Shown: positions 41,991 through 60,304, counted from the first letter of the stretch. The stretch: DNA of 64,000 bases from the human T2T-CHM13v2.0 reference genome, Homo sapiens (GCF_009914755.1 NC_060942.1); one strand, 5' to 3'. A program made the numbers and translations. Notes: a model not told the origin generated them from the letters alone.

Positions 41991-43789
41991 TAGCACTCTG
42001 CCTTGTCCCAGCTGTCTTATTTGTGAAATACTTAGAAAAACTCCACCAATCTCCTGACTTCACCTTTCCTTTAGGGTAAATCTATTATTTTAAGGGAGGG
42101 TGGGAGTGGAGAGAGGGACTCAAGTATTCCTTGTTCCAGTGGAATTTGTCCCAACCTCCCACAGCATTGCCTCCAGCCCATCTTGCATTCTTGGCTTTTG
42201 AAGAGGAGGGGCAACCCCCTTCTTATCTGGGATTGCCTGCTTAAACAAACTCAGTGGTGTGGAGGTATTGTCCTTTGGAAACTTGGCCTGGGACACTTTA
42301 CCAAGTGTCTGCAAACATTTAGACATGGAAAACTACCCACTGTTAACCCAGAGCTCATTGTCTCTGCTCAGGGCTGCTCTTCTCTGAAAGTGGCTTGTGG
42401 TTGGGGGTGGAGGTGTTGAGAGTCGGCCCAAGGGAATCCCTCAGTTGGGGCTCTGGGCTGGGGAATTGTGCTGCTGTTTGTTTAAACAACCTGAGTGTAA
42501 TTGGATTGTTTGAGATGCCCAAGATGTTTGGGAAAGTGGGGGAAGGGAGGCAGCTTGCTGGGGGAGAGAGTCACCAGCAGGGACTTTGATGGGTGGCAGG
42601 CTGGGTGGTTGTCAGCCTCCAGATTGCAAAGCCAGTGGGAAGGATGGCCCTTCCGGCTTGTCCGTGGGCACATCAGGACCTGGGTCAATAGGTCGGACCA
42701 TGTAGTCTATAAAATATTAAAGCTAGTACTTGAGGGGTGGATCAGGATATGAGGAATATTTAACTTAAAATCAATTATCCCTTTTTAACCATAACAATCT
42801 AAGGATAGCACAAATGCACGGTTACATGTTTGCTTGTTATTTAGATCTGATTTTTTAAAATCCCACAAAAATAGTTGTAATGACCAACTCAGGTTTCACT
42901 AGTAAGAATGCTGGGTAGGAATTCTTAAGGAGTTGCTACATCATTCCTTGGGACAGAACAGGGGCTATCGGGGAGTATTTGACAGGCCTATGGAAAAAAT
43001 AAGTCTGTGCTTTATTGTAGGGATCATACCCTTCCATTTGACCTAGGGAAAAGGGCAAAGAGTGTTAAAAAAATGAGAAGAATCTGGGAATAATAGAAGG
43101 AATCTTTGCAATGCTGGGCCTGGCCAGCACCGCCCTGTGAGATCAGACCTCACGTGAACCATGTTCTCACGTCACCTGAGGCATGCAGGTAGACTCCACA
43201 AACCAGGTGTGAATACTTATTAGGGATGCTTACCATGTAAGAAATAATTAGAAAAGGTAAAGGGCTCCTATTACGTGGCGGGCTCCCAAATTTGTAATTT
43301 TACTTAATCACTGCTGGAACCTGTGACAGAAGTTAGAAAAACAGACTGTGGCTCAGAGGGGTGAAATGAACTTGCCCAGACCACAAAGAGGGAAATGGTT
43401 CAATCTGGATTTGCATTAAGATCCTTCTGTTTTCAAAACTCTCTTTCCAATACACTATACTCATACTTCTCCCTACCCTGCAAAAAAAGAATGAAAATGC
43501 AGAATTAATCACCATGCAGGTTCAAAAACAAATAACCCTCTTTTGATATGCCAGTAGCATATCACACATAGAGGCCTTCAGCTAAATAAACAATCAATTA
43601 GGGAAAGGATAGAAATGTTAATATTGGTAAAACCTACTGATCTTCTGATTGGGAATACATTTTAGATTATTTGAGGATGGAATGCTTGTCATCTTCATTT
43701 TAAGATGGCTATCAGTTTTTGAGGTTAGCCCTTAGTTAAAATAAAGTCGTAGTCAAGTATCTTGTAACATTTAGTGGAACAATACCTGA

Positions 43790-44492
<703 letters not shown>

Positions 44493-44896
44493 GCTTTGTA
44501 AAATTTAAAAGATTCATAACAGTATTTTGACAAATACTTCAGAATATTGTTTTCAGAGAAAAGGGCTTTCTATACTTGCCGAGCAGCTCAGTTTTGCACC
44601 GGCTCCAAGCAGCAGCTACTTCTGTTGCTTGGCTGGTGGGTGTCATTTCATGGGCATAGAGAACCACTGTGCAAACAGTGGTGTAACAGACAGCACAGAA
44701 CAATCGCTGTTTCTATGCCATTTGGCAACTCCATTCTCCTAGACTCTGAGGGCTTCTTAAGGTAGGAGCCAAGGGGCTTTTCAAAATCACACCATGACCA
44801 CACTGGTTTCGTGGGAGCTGATAGCTTCTTCTAGCACTCCAGGTCTTTGACACCAGAAGGCTGCCTGGCTCCAAATACTTAAAAATTGACGATGTT

Positions 44897-45204
<308 letters not shown>

Positions 45205-46089
45205 TCAGCTAAGTAAAGGGAGTATTTACAATATGGAGGAATGGAAGTGCAGCGAGGCTGGTGGTGCAGCACTGGAGGGTCAGACAGTGTCTTTTTATCC
45301 TTTGCAGTTTGCAGAGGATGCAGCAGGTGAGTCCTGTAGACATCAGAGGGGCTTCGACGCTGCACAGCTGCCACTCAGAGGGGACACTGCTGGCCTCGAT
45401 CACATCATGGAGACCACAAGGATGCTGGGAATGCACTTCCCATTGGCCGAGCTGAGGATATGAGCAGGCCATGGGTGAGCCAGGGTTTCCATTTCTCTTC
45501 CCGCCATGAGAATTTCATGCCAGTCAATTTTAACATAATAATTTATTTTGCATTTTGCTGTCCTCACTAAGGTATGCATGGATCGTTAAAGATTAGGAAG
45601 TTTGTTCTTTGATTGGATTCTTTGATCAGATGGATAAGATCCTTCCATCTCTTTAAGAATGCCACCTCCTCCTCCAGCCCCAATCCTGGCTTCCCAAATT
45701 CCAAGCTCCCAACACTTGAAAGGCCCAAACCTTGTTAGGTTTGATGATAGCAATTTACAATTAACAAATACATTGATAATGAGTGTTCTTTTCTGTAGGT
45801 TTGTTTAAAAGTGAAAACAATGTGGCTAGTCATAAAAGTTTCTCTTTGTTTTAGGCTGGATGGCTCACGCGTTCAGAGGAGGGACAGCGCTTGTTGCAGA
45901 GAATGAGATTTAGTGTGATGTGTATAAAGGTGTTTCATGGCTAAAGACCAAACAGAGACTAGTGTCTCCCACTCAGGAAGAATAATCACCATGCTAATGG
46001 ATTAAAATTCTGTTACATAGAATAATCACAGGTTTAAATAAGACTCTGCCTGCTTTATAATTATCAGTATGTGAAAATACACTGAATCA

Positions 46090-46462
<373 letters not shown>

Positions 46463-46589
46463 TTAGTTCTCAAGGAAAGGACCTGCGACAAGTTTATTTG
46501 TCACATTTATTTCCTGTTTCAATTATTTCCAAAATGATCAAGACAGGAAATAGGGAGAACAGGTTGGGTGTGTACATATGTGTATTGAA

Positions 46590-47110
<521 letters not shown>

Positions 47111-49225
47111 CATTTGTATTAGTAGTAGTGGTAGTAGCAGTAATATTTCTCCTGGGAATAGCACAGGAGCAGTCTAAGGAGGCAACAGTGGGTGGGTCAT
47201 GATGGGCAAACAGTAGGAAGAAATGCCTGTGTTGGTACCATTTCCCAAACTGTGAAAACAGAGCCAAGAAAGCTTTGATGGACAAAACTCCCGGAAGCCT
47301 CAAGGCAGGCTCTTGCAGGGAAGAGGTCATTGAGGCATCTTGGATAAAAACGGTGGGCTGGGAAGGAATGAGACCAAGGATTGAATGCTGGAGCTGTGGC
47401 TTACCAGCTCTGAAACTTGGATCAAATTCTCTGAGCTTAATGTCTTCATTTGTAAATTGTGGATTAAAAATACCTAAATGACAGGGCTGTTGTGATGATA
47501 GATAGTGTTCTTATGTTAAAGTGTCCCACTTGGATGGATATGCAGGAAATGTTTGTTTTCCAAATAGCATCTGACTTCTTACTGAATAATGAATCCTTGA
47601 AGGCACACAGTCCTCTGAGCTGGAGGCCAGGAGTAGCTTTTGAAATCACCCAAGAAGGAGCAGCCCTGAGCAGCTGCGGGTCCCTCCCAGGCTGACTCAG
47701 ACCTTTCACCCAGGCGGCCTTTGGGCCTTGTGCTTTGGGAGTCAGGAACCCCAGACTCAAGTCCGTTCTGGCCCAGCCCTTTCTTGGGCTCATTGTTCTG
47801 GGAGGCCTTGTACTATTTGTTCATCTAATCTGTTAGCAAAAAGGCAAACTAAATATCCTTCATTTGGACCTCTGGCTTATATCCCACAAAGGACAGAAGT
47901 GTCCTACCCGGGGTGGCTAGTGGCACCCCTGTCTTTGTTCCTGTTTGGCCTCTCTAAAAGGCCCTGGGCAGAGAGCTGTGACAGGTGATTGGGAAAGGGC
48001 CTGGTGTATCTGCCTCTCCAGGCCTGTTTGGACTTGATTCCTGTTCTCTGATGCCAGGAGGGGCCCCAGAAAAGCGCTGGGACAATACCTATCAAGCCCA
48101 AGTAACAAATAGAGGTACCTAAAGTTCAAACAGGTGTGTCCCTTCCTATTTTGTACCTATTACGGAGTGAAGTCAGGGTCCAAAGCCACTTTGCCTGGCT
48201 GTAGATGGCCTGTCTACTACTTACTCCCTGACCTGCTGTCTCCCTCAAGTCATTCCCCGACTGTGTGATGGCCACAGTCCCTGGCCGGGTAATCAACTCT
48301 CCACTAAGCAGGCCGCCCACCCAGATTTCTCTGCCCTGTCTCATGGGCTGGGATCCCTCCCACCTCCACTCCATCCTGAGAATACCTTGGTTCACTCCCC
48401 TATCTCCTGGGCCTCTGTCTGGGTGGCCCATGACTTCCACCTGGAATGCCATTATCTCCAAATCCCATTCTCCCTTCAAGTCCCAGCTGAAGTCCTGCCT
48501 CCTCACGATACCTTCCTGTCTACCCAGCTCCCGGGAGCACCTCCTTCAGCCTCCTATGACGTCCACTCTCCCCTCACAGGAGAGCTGCCCAGTAATCATC
48601 TTTTGTGTGTTTGCTGCTTCGTTTTGTGTTTTCTGTTTAATTTGTATCTTCCTGTTCCTCCTTCCGACCCTACACACATCTTCCAACTGGATTCCAGGGC
48701 CCTGAAAAGGCAGCCAGTGTTGGACTGGCTCATGGCTGCCGCAGAGGAGCTACCCTCCTTGGAGAAGCAAGGCTGCATCCCCTTTTTTTTGCTGACTTAA
48801 CAACGTCCTGTTTCTACTTCGTGAGATGGCACTGACTCACCACTAGTGGTCGCTATTATTCACACCCTTACTTTCATAATTCAAACTAATTGGGAAACAC
48901 GTATCTGTCAGCTTCTCTATGGGACTGGATTGCTAGAGGCAAAAAAAAGTGCTAGAGTCAATAAGTTTAATCAGTAACAGAAGTAAAGTATAGAGTCCCC
49001 AGGGAAACCTTTAGGAAAGATCTTCATGAGTCTGCTTATAAGGAAAGGAAGAGGCCTCCCAAGCAACAGGTCCCAGACATTCCTACTCCACATACGGATT
49101 GAATGTTTATTAAGTTCTGACAACATGCAGGACTGAAAATTTCTCTAGGCATTTATGAGGGTCATGCTGTTAAAATGAGATAAAGAATGAAATATGTTTG
49201 ATATCATTATACAGACGTATACATA

Positions 49226-49229
<4 letters not shown>

Positions 49230-49265
<36 letters not shown>
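49230..49265. repeat. (TG)n microsatellite
   Basis: Direct reading. Confidence 0.95.
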
Positions 49266-49267
<2 letters not shown>

Positions 49268-49299
49268 CTCTTTTTTGTTTTATTTTATTTTCTTTTTTG

Positions 49300-49590
49300 T
49301 TGTATGGAGTCAGAAAGATCTAGCTGGGTTCAGATCCCAGCTTTGCTACCCGCCGGCTCTGGGGCCTTGGATACATCTCTTAACCTCTCTTGCCCATTGA
49401 TCATTTATAAAATGTGAGCAATATTCCTTCCTTGAAGGGGTGTTGAGAGCTATAACTGAGATAAGGGTGTAGTCTGGGACCAGCAGCATCCAGGGAGCTG
49501 TCAAAATGCAGAACCTCAGGCCCCACCCCAGAGTAACCTAAGCAGAATCTGCATTTAATGAGATCCCTCAGTAATTTGCATGTATGTTAA
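49300..49590. mobile_element. MIR (49300-49465) followed by MER5A-like fragment
   Basis: GGGTTCAGATCCCAGCTTTGCTAC; AAATGCAGAACCTCAGGCCCCACCCCAGA...CAGAATCTGCATTTAA. Confidence 0.75.
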
Positions 49591-50199
49591 CGTTTAAAAT
49601 TCCTGTCCTCAAGGAACAAATAATCAGTGTACAGATCTATATGGAGAGGATAATAGCAGCAGCTTACATCTGTAGAGTTCTCCGGCCTTTCTGAAGTGAC
49701 TTTGGACTCCAAGTGAGGAGTGTTGCTGGTCGGATTTGGGTCTTGATAACGTTGACAGAAATAGCTGTGAGGACTTGGCGGCAGATGGAATGCGCCGCGG
49801 GTCTGGGTGTAGGGATGGCAGGGGGAGGAGGGGAGGTGTGGACACTGTTGGCAGAAGGTGGAAGTTAGGAAGGCTGGGAGCGTGTCAGAAGGAGATAGTG
49901 TGCTGGACATGGAGGAAAAGTTCTTCCAAGGCTTTGGGAGCATGGAGCCAAGAGACACTGAAAGAAATCAGCCTATTTACGTAGAATTTGCTAGAGCAAA
50001 GTCTTTTCTAAAAGTCACAATAGCTTTCTTTATACATTAGACTCCATCCAAATGAATAAATTCACATATACGGCAGATGGTAATAAAGCAAAACTATTAT
50101 TAATTTAAAATAATAGATGATGGTGCTGGGTGGGAATCTTGGAGATCATTTTCAGTCTAATCCTTTCAGCCCCTGAGGCTCAGCTGGTGTAGGGACTTC

Positions 50200-51250
50200 T
50201 CTCATCTGCCACTTCCAGTGTGACCTCCTCTCACTAAACCTTTTTTCTTGGCTGTGAAATGGGGCAATAAATAACTGAGTTTACAGGTTGCTATGCGGAT
50301 TCAATGAGATAATTCATGGAAAGCACTTAGCACAATGCCTGACTCTAATTAAGTAACAACATATAATATTATCAAATTGCTACTGACCTATAGGAGGTAG
50401 AGAGGGACACATTTTTTATCAAGACTAGTACAATTATTAGTAAAGATTATGGAAGTAAATTTGAGATTCAAGTAGCTAAACCAATTTTTTGTTGTTCCCA
50501 GTATGAATAATGATGATACCATATTACAATAATAGTAAAACCAACAATAACTGCAACAATAATTATATCATACTAAACACTAACCATAGCTAACATTCCC
50601 TGGATGCTTATCATTAGGTTGGTGTGAAAGCCATTGTGGTTTTTGCCGTTAAAAGTAATTGGAAAAAGAGCAATTACTTTTGCACCAACCTAATATATGC
50701 CAAGCACTAAATGAAGCACTTCACTTGGATTATCTCATTTGATTCTTCAAACGTGTATGATGTGTATAATACTATCACCAGTTTATAGATGAAGCAACTG
50801 AGGCCTAGTGAGATTAGGTATTGGGCCCAAGGCCTGGAGCTTGTACGTGGAACTCACATTGGAATCCAGACTGCCTGGCTCTCTAAATTGCTCTCTTAAC
50901 CACTACACTAGCTCCCACATGAATATACCAGTGAACAAAATGCTCTTTCCATTGGTGGCAAATTAGGTGCTATTTGTTTTCTGGCCTGATGCTGTGATAC
51001 ATTTTAAAGAAAATACATGGTTGCAAGTTGAAAAAGAGAGTAGCTTGAAAACAAAAGAAAGGAGGATTGGAAAATCTGTTAACCTCCTGTGTGCTGTGCC
51101 AGGGACAGTCACATGCATGAACTCAATAACCCTTTGTGGATATGACCTACATAGTCATGGAGAGCAAACCTTAGCCTCAGAGAAGTTAAGTCATGTGCCC
51201 AGGATATAAACTAGTAAGTGAAGGGGCTGGGATTTGAGCCTGAGCCCAAA
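50200..51250. mobile_element. MIR remnants (50200-50360; 50580-50910 opposite orientation; 51080-51250)
   Basis: CTGTGAAATGGGG...AAAGCACTTAGCACAATGCCTG; TTTATAGATGAAGCAACTGAGGCCTAG. Confidence 0.7.
50614..50693. mobile_element. MADE1 (Hsmar1-derived 80-bp MITE)
   Basis: TTAGGTTGGTG...CAATTACTTTTGCACCAACCTAA inverted repeats, 80 bp, followed by TA; inserted in a MIR. Confidence 0.93.
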
Positions 51251-51969
51251 GCCCAAGCTAGCTCAAAAAAGATGCGGAGCCCTGACTTGTATTTTGACCC
51301 AGAGGAAAATTAGATCTCTCCCAATTTCCCAAAGTCCCTAAAACCTGATACCACTGCCAAATTCCTCTGCCAAATTCATCATAGTCTTAACACAGCTTGA
51401 AGGACTTCCCGTAGAACTGTTGGAAATTCTGTCCTGGAAGGGCATGTAAAGCTCCTTTCTAGAAGTATTTTACTTTGGACTTATGGCTCACCCCTTTCCA
51501 GTATGAATTATAAGCAGCTCACAACTACACAACTGTACCACAAGAAAACAGAAAATTTAGGTAGGAAGGAGAAATTTAGGCTAGGAATAAGGTTAATTTC
51601 CAAAATATATGCCAATAGCCCTGAATCAGGTCAGGTAGGCCGTGTGGTATTTTTAATTGGAGTAAATACTGCATTTACTCCCAGAGGGACTATAGGCAGC
51701 AAAATCCAAGTAACTTCCTCACGAGTCCCTGGGTCAGGTGAATTACTGTAGAAAATGGGAGATACTTCAAGGCATGGTCTGGCCTTAGAGCTAAAGTTCT
51801 GCTTGGGGAACAGGCCCTTCCTTAGTCTGTCTTATAGGCCCCAGGGTAAGACAAGTGTTTGGCTGAAGAGCCATAGGCCCCCCTCTCTGCAGCAGTTCTC
51901 AAGTTCTTAGTGCCTTTTCTCCGTGGTACTGTTGCATGTGATATTTCACTAAAACCCCTTTCCTTTCCC

Positions 51970-52786
<817 letters not shown>

Positions 52787-52899
52787 AAAACCCCTTTTCT
52801 TTGACGTGCTCTCGTTCCACTGAAGGGGAAAGCTCAGCTCTTCCCAGGATGCAAAAAGCCTCCTTCCCCAGCAAGATGGAACTCCCAAGCTCCGGGCAA

Positions 52900-53500
52900 A
52901 GGGGCCTGTAGAATTTCTCTCATTTATGGCTATCAGAAAAATAGGGCGGGAATCAGCCTTCATCACCCGGACCCAACCTTGTGTCAACAGCCCTCACAAA
53001 CAGAGGGGCCCAGCAACCACCTTTTACACCGCCTGGTACTGTACACGGGCACCAGTTCACACGCTCAGCGAAAGGAAAACAAGCGGTGGCCCTGTCCCGC
53101 CGATAATGCCCGACCCTGCGGCAGGGGCCCTTGTTCTCTCCCTGCGCCTTCCCGCGCCCTGCGGGCAGCCCTGATAAGTCTGCGTGGTGGGCAGGCTTGT
53201 GTTTGAGTTCGGGTTGTCAGACCCATTACTCAAAGGGAGGACGTGGACTTGCTTTGAGAAGGGCGAACTCTGGTCTTAAAGACTAGGCGAGGACAACCAT
53301 GATTTATGATTAACCCAGTGACTCCACTGTTAAGCGTGGTCTCAGTGACCGCCGTTTGAGTCGTGACTTTTTTGTGCAGTTGCTGTGCCTCCATCCAGGT
53401 GTGAGTTGAGGGCACCATAAAGAAGGTCGAGAGAGCAAGAAATTGGCACGTTGTGGCCAGAAGGCAGGCCTGCATGTTGCCACCTGCTGAAGGAAGAGGG
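52900..53500. promoter_or_regulatory. CpG-retaining GC-rich promoter/enhancer-like segment
   Basis: About 24 CpGs counted by eye in 52940-53400; GC box/E2F-like GGGCGGGAA at 52944-52952; no recognised repeat. Confidence 0.5.
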
Positions 53501-53612
53501 ACTCTTTGATTTTCCATGAACCAGCTAAGCACAAGCAATACCTGGATGGGTACACCTGGGTTAGATCCTGTGCCTGTCACTGGCAATGTAGGGAAATTTA
53601 TTGATTTTTCTT

Positions 53613-53743
53613 TAAAAAAAAAAAAATAGAGATAGGGTCTCGCTATGTTGTGCAGGCTGGTCTTGAGCTCCTGGCCACAAGTGATCCTCTTGCCTTGGCC
53701 TCCCAAAGTGCTGGGATAACGGGCGTGAGCCACCTCGCCTGGC
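53613..53743 (-). mobile_element. FLAM
   Basis: Antisense monomer. Confidence 0.88.
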
Positions 53744-54726
53744 CAAGGGAAACATTTGTGAAAGTGAGTGAGAATAACATTCTTCTTAACTCTCCACAAT
53801 CAAAACTTGGGGCTTCTTTATGCACTTGAGCGAGTTATTGAAGAAGAAACAAGAAATACAGTGTTTTTCCCAGTTATTTTTCCAGCTGGTTGTTAGGCCA
53901 ACAAGAAAGAGGTGGAGGCAGGCAGTGGTGTGATGGGTGGGTACAGGAGTTGCCAAGTACTCTGGGACTGTTACTTATTTCCTTCTGTTTCGGGCCCTTG
54001 GAGGATGTTAAAGTCTAAATAGTTAGGTTTTTTCTTTTCTCCCTAAATTGGCAGGAGAATAAAATGTGCGAATGTATTTAAAAAACTAAAGTATTACAGA
54101 AAAGGAAGGCGGTATTATTAGTTCATTTAGAGCTCACCATGACTCTATAAGGTTGACTTATCAGAGATCACCGTCCTCATTTTTAATTTGATTGGGTTAA
54201 GGAGTAGGTAAATGAGGTTGCCAGGTCCAAAGTCACCCAGTTGGTAAGGACGAGCCAGGAGCAGGACCAGTGTGCTCTGTTGCGTCTCGGAAGGAAGGGC
54301 CAGCCCAGCCGGCTGGTGTGGGAACCATGCAAGATTAAAGCCTTAGGAGGAAATGTATTAGGAAAGATATAAATTTGACTTAAAACTTTCTTTACCATTT
54401 AAGAAATTAAATAGGCTTTTTTTTTCCAAATTAAAAATCTCTGATATAGAAATATCCTAGAAATATCTTACACATGAGAACCACCAGCCTTGTTCTCCTA
54501 CTGGCACCCCCCGGAAAAAAAATTGTCCCTGAATGGACATGTTCTGCTGCTTGGGGTGTGTGTACGTGTGTTTTGTGTGTGACTTTCTCCCAAGTTCCAA
54601 GTTCCATCTCCAAGTGAGATGGAATTCAGAACCCCTTTTGCCTTGAAGACACTATCATAAGTTGATTTCCCACGATAGCCTTTGTAATTTTACTTCAAGC
54701 ATAATCCACAAGTAAAACATAATTTG

Positions 54727-55802
<1,076 letters not shown>

Positions 55803-58259
55803 GGTGTTGTTGGTTCCAAAACTCCAACTCACACATTTTAAGAATGCTGACCACTTGTCGATGGGAAGTCTGTCATTGACTGTCCTGATAACTGGTCTCT
55901 GAAAACTAATGTTCCTTATTACAAATTTCTCTAGTATATGAAGACATGATCAGGCTAGAGTGTGCCAGAAAATTTATGCCAAAAGATGGGCAACAGGAAG
56001 GCACATCAAATGTGAAAACAAATGGAAGATTCCAAACGTTCTGAAGTCGTGTTCCTGATTATTCTAAAGGAGTCTCTTGTTTTCTATGCTCCTGGCACCC
56101 TTTTCTAATCTGCCAGCACTTTAGACAGCAACCCCAAGCCCTGTCTGGACTGTGGTCCTGAATCCTCTGAAAGTGAGGAGAAGAAAGAGTTCCCAGAAGG
56201 CGTATCCATTTAGGAATCTCAGAGTGACACTCAGAAGCCAGATTGTCAGGGCAGTCTCCTCACTTCTCCATCTCTGTCTGGTTCCCCTGCAACTCCCCAC
56301 CTCTGGGTGAACTCTCCCAGGCCTTAGCACTAGCTGTGCCTCAAGCTGGCATGAGCAAAATATTAACGGATGGAGATTTGTCTGTATTTTTGAAACCTAT
56401 CAACACAGCTGCTTTCTCAGATTTTGCTGTGTAGGCTGAATTACAAAACCAGGAATCAAATTTATGTAGTTGTTCACATCTGACTTGAACAAATAAACAC
56501 AGATTTGAGTTATGGCTCAGCTAGCTAACTTGAGACCTGGATTCATCTTCCCATCATAATTTTCCCTTCTGCTTTCTTTGTGAGCCCCCTCCCTCTTTGT
56601 CTTCCTTTCATTGTTGCAAACATTTTTTTACTGTTACTTGTGGGCCAAGAGCCTATTAATTAGGAGCTGGTCTGTAGGCCCCAGCGGGAGCTTGTTTGGA
56701 CTCAGCTCATGAAGCATTCTCACTGTACTTGATTCATGATGGGGCTGGAGGCCAACGGCTCAGTTTTGTTGTAGCCTTTCTGTGAAGGAGACCAGGCCTG
56801 GGAATGGGGAGCACGCCTGGCTTTTGGCTCTGCTGAGACTTCCTAATGTGTTTGTAAATCTTTTGAGCCCTGTAAGTAGCCATGCCTGCTAGATAGCTGA
56901 AGCACAGACCTGGAAATCGGCCACTATCTAGTCCTAATTCTAATATTTCTCATCCAGGCTTGTGTGTGCCCATTTATAAAATGGCTATTAAGATTACTTC
57001 CTCCCCAAGGTCCCTGATTAGGTATTTTCATATGGAATCACTCTTTGGGACCAATCCTCTTGTGGAATAACTTTACTTGATTCTCACAAATCTGGCATTT
57101 CAGGGTCTCCCCAGTCTGAGTCCAACTCATTTCCCCTGTTTTCATGCCTTTATATTTTGTACTGGCCAAAAGAGGCTTTACATGATTCCTTGAGACTGCT
57201 CTTTTCTGGCTCAAAATCTTGACTCTCTGGGATCTGGACCTTTTGACTTACTGTCTAGTAAGTGCCTTCTAGAGCCACAGGCCGGTAGAGATGGCAGGGA
57301 CCTGGAGGGCCAGAAAAAGCTCTGGGAGTCTGGGTGGAAGGCTCAGGCGTCACGCTTTTCAGATCTCTTTCTGCTCTTTGAGAGCTTTTCTTAGGCCAGT
57401 ACCACAAACTGCTTTGGGGTGTACTATTATGAGTGCCTCTGTTTTTGTCTTTTGGGAACATGTCTTGTCTCTCTGCCACTATGCTATAAGAATGAAGACA
57501 TGCTATGCTTATATTTTAAAGCCATGACTTCTAAAAGAAAAATATTTTCTCTCCAGAGAGGTCTAAATCTTTAAAAGTATGAATGAAGTAAATGTGATAT
57601 TTATAAAACCCTTTGTGATGAAGGGCCTTTGAGCAAACACTCAATAATGGAAAAATCAATGAAAATGTTCGTATGAAAAGAAACTGGCCAATCTGTCTTT
57701 GTGAGTGTCACATTTCTTTGCTGAAACAGCTTGTCTTCCATCTGATAGTTGCAAGGTCCACTGTTGGCAAATGTAACATTAAGATGGCGGAACAGTGAAG
57801 GATTTTTCAGCTTTGTCAATCACTTGTTTTATCTGTCAATAGATTTCCATGTTACTGTGTTTTTGATGATTACATCTATATCATTAAGTAAATTTTTGCC
57901 AATGAGGGATTTTAGAGCGTGATCCCATAAATATTAAATTGCTTGTTAGTTGCTATTCATTGGGAAGATTACTTCACCAGGGTGCTGCAAAACAATCTGA
58001 GTCACAGCCCATGACCAAGTCAAAGATGGAAAAAGGTGCAGGTCCACAGAAGGTGTAAAATGAATTTATAAATGGTGTCCATTAAAGTGAATTGAGTGTC
58101 TGAGAGCAACTTTATTGCAACTGCAGCCCACGCACACTGATTGGCACCATCAGTCTCTCACTCTGGCCTCAATTTTGGTTGATATCATGCCAAATTGACA
58201 ATACGCATCAATTATAAAAACATTTACTCTTGTGCAAGTCCATTCTTTGTAGGATTGTA

Positions 58260-59710
<1,451 letters not shown>

Positions 59711-59715
59711 AGCTT

Positions 59716-60304
59716 TGTAGTGTGTCACCTTGGCTAGGCTGAACTTCCCAGAATTCCCTCTTGTGTGTGTCTCCAGTTAGTGTAGGCCCCCAAAGAGAGG
59801 ACTGTGTGAACTGGGAGGGTGGAAGTGAAGCAAAGATGTTTTGTAGCTCACACAGATTGTCACTTATCTGCCTGCTGCCCTCGTTGGCGTGGGCAGCAGC
59901 CAGGCTTGCAATGGCTCTGCCTTCCCTTGGATCCTTTTGCAGCTTTACTAAACTTCTGGGCCAACTCTGACTCCTGTGTTCAGCTGCATGATGACGGCAC
60001 CAGCTTCTCCTGCAGGACGCTAATGTAAGAGGTGGCAAAAAACAACACATTTCAGTCCATCCTCCTGATTCTAGTGGATACTTGTGGGTCCTGTCTTGTC
60101 CTTGCTCTTGCCTACTTTACATCCATCTTCCTGTGGACTTGAAATTCTAGCATTAGATAGTAAAACAATAGCCTTATGGAGACTGATTAACTAGCTCCTG
60201 CAATTGCATAATTGCATTTAACAAATTCTTATTGAGTGTGTGTGTGTGTGTGTATGTGTAATAACCTACCAATGGTTCTTCTTCTTTGAGTGAACCCTAA
60301 TACA
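59716..60304 (+). mobile_element. ERVL-class solo LTR (subfamily uncertain)
   Basis: TG start, TGTCACCTTGGCTAGGCTGAACTTCCCAGAATTCCCT; ends (TG)n...GGTTCTTCTTCTTTGAGTGAACCCTAATACA. Confidence 0.65.

Noticed and set aside
48126-48800. 126-146-aa ORFs on both strands
   Set aside because: Pyrimidine-rich, L2-like decayed sequence giving P/S/L-rich frames with no homology I recognise
53230-53799. Longest ORF in the window (189 aa, minus)
   Set aside because: The N-terminal part runs through a FLAM and a poly(T) run, the start is non-ATG, and there is no recognisable domain
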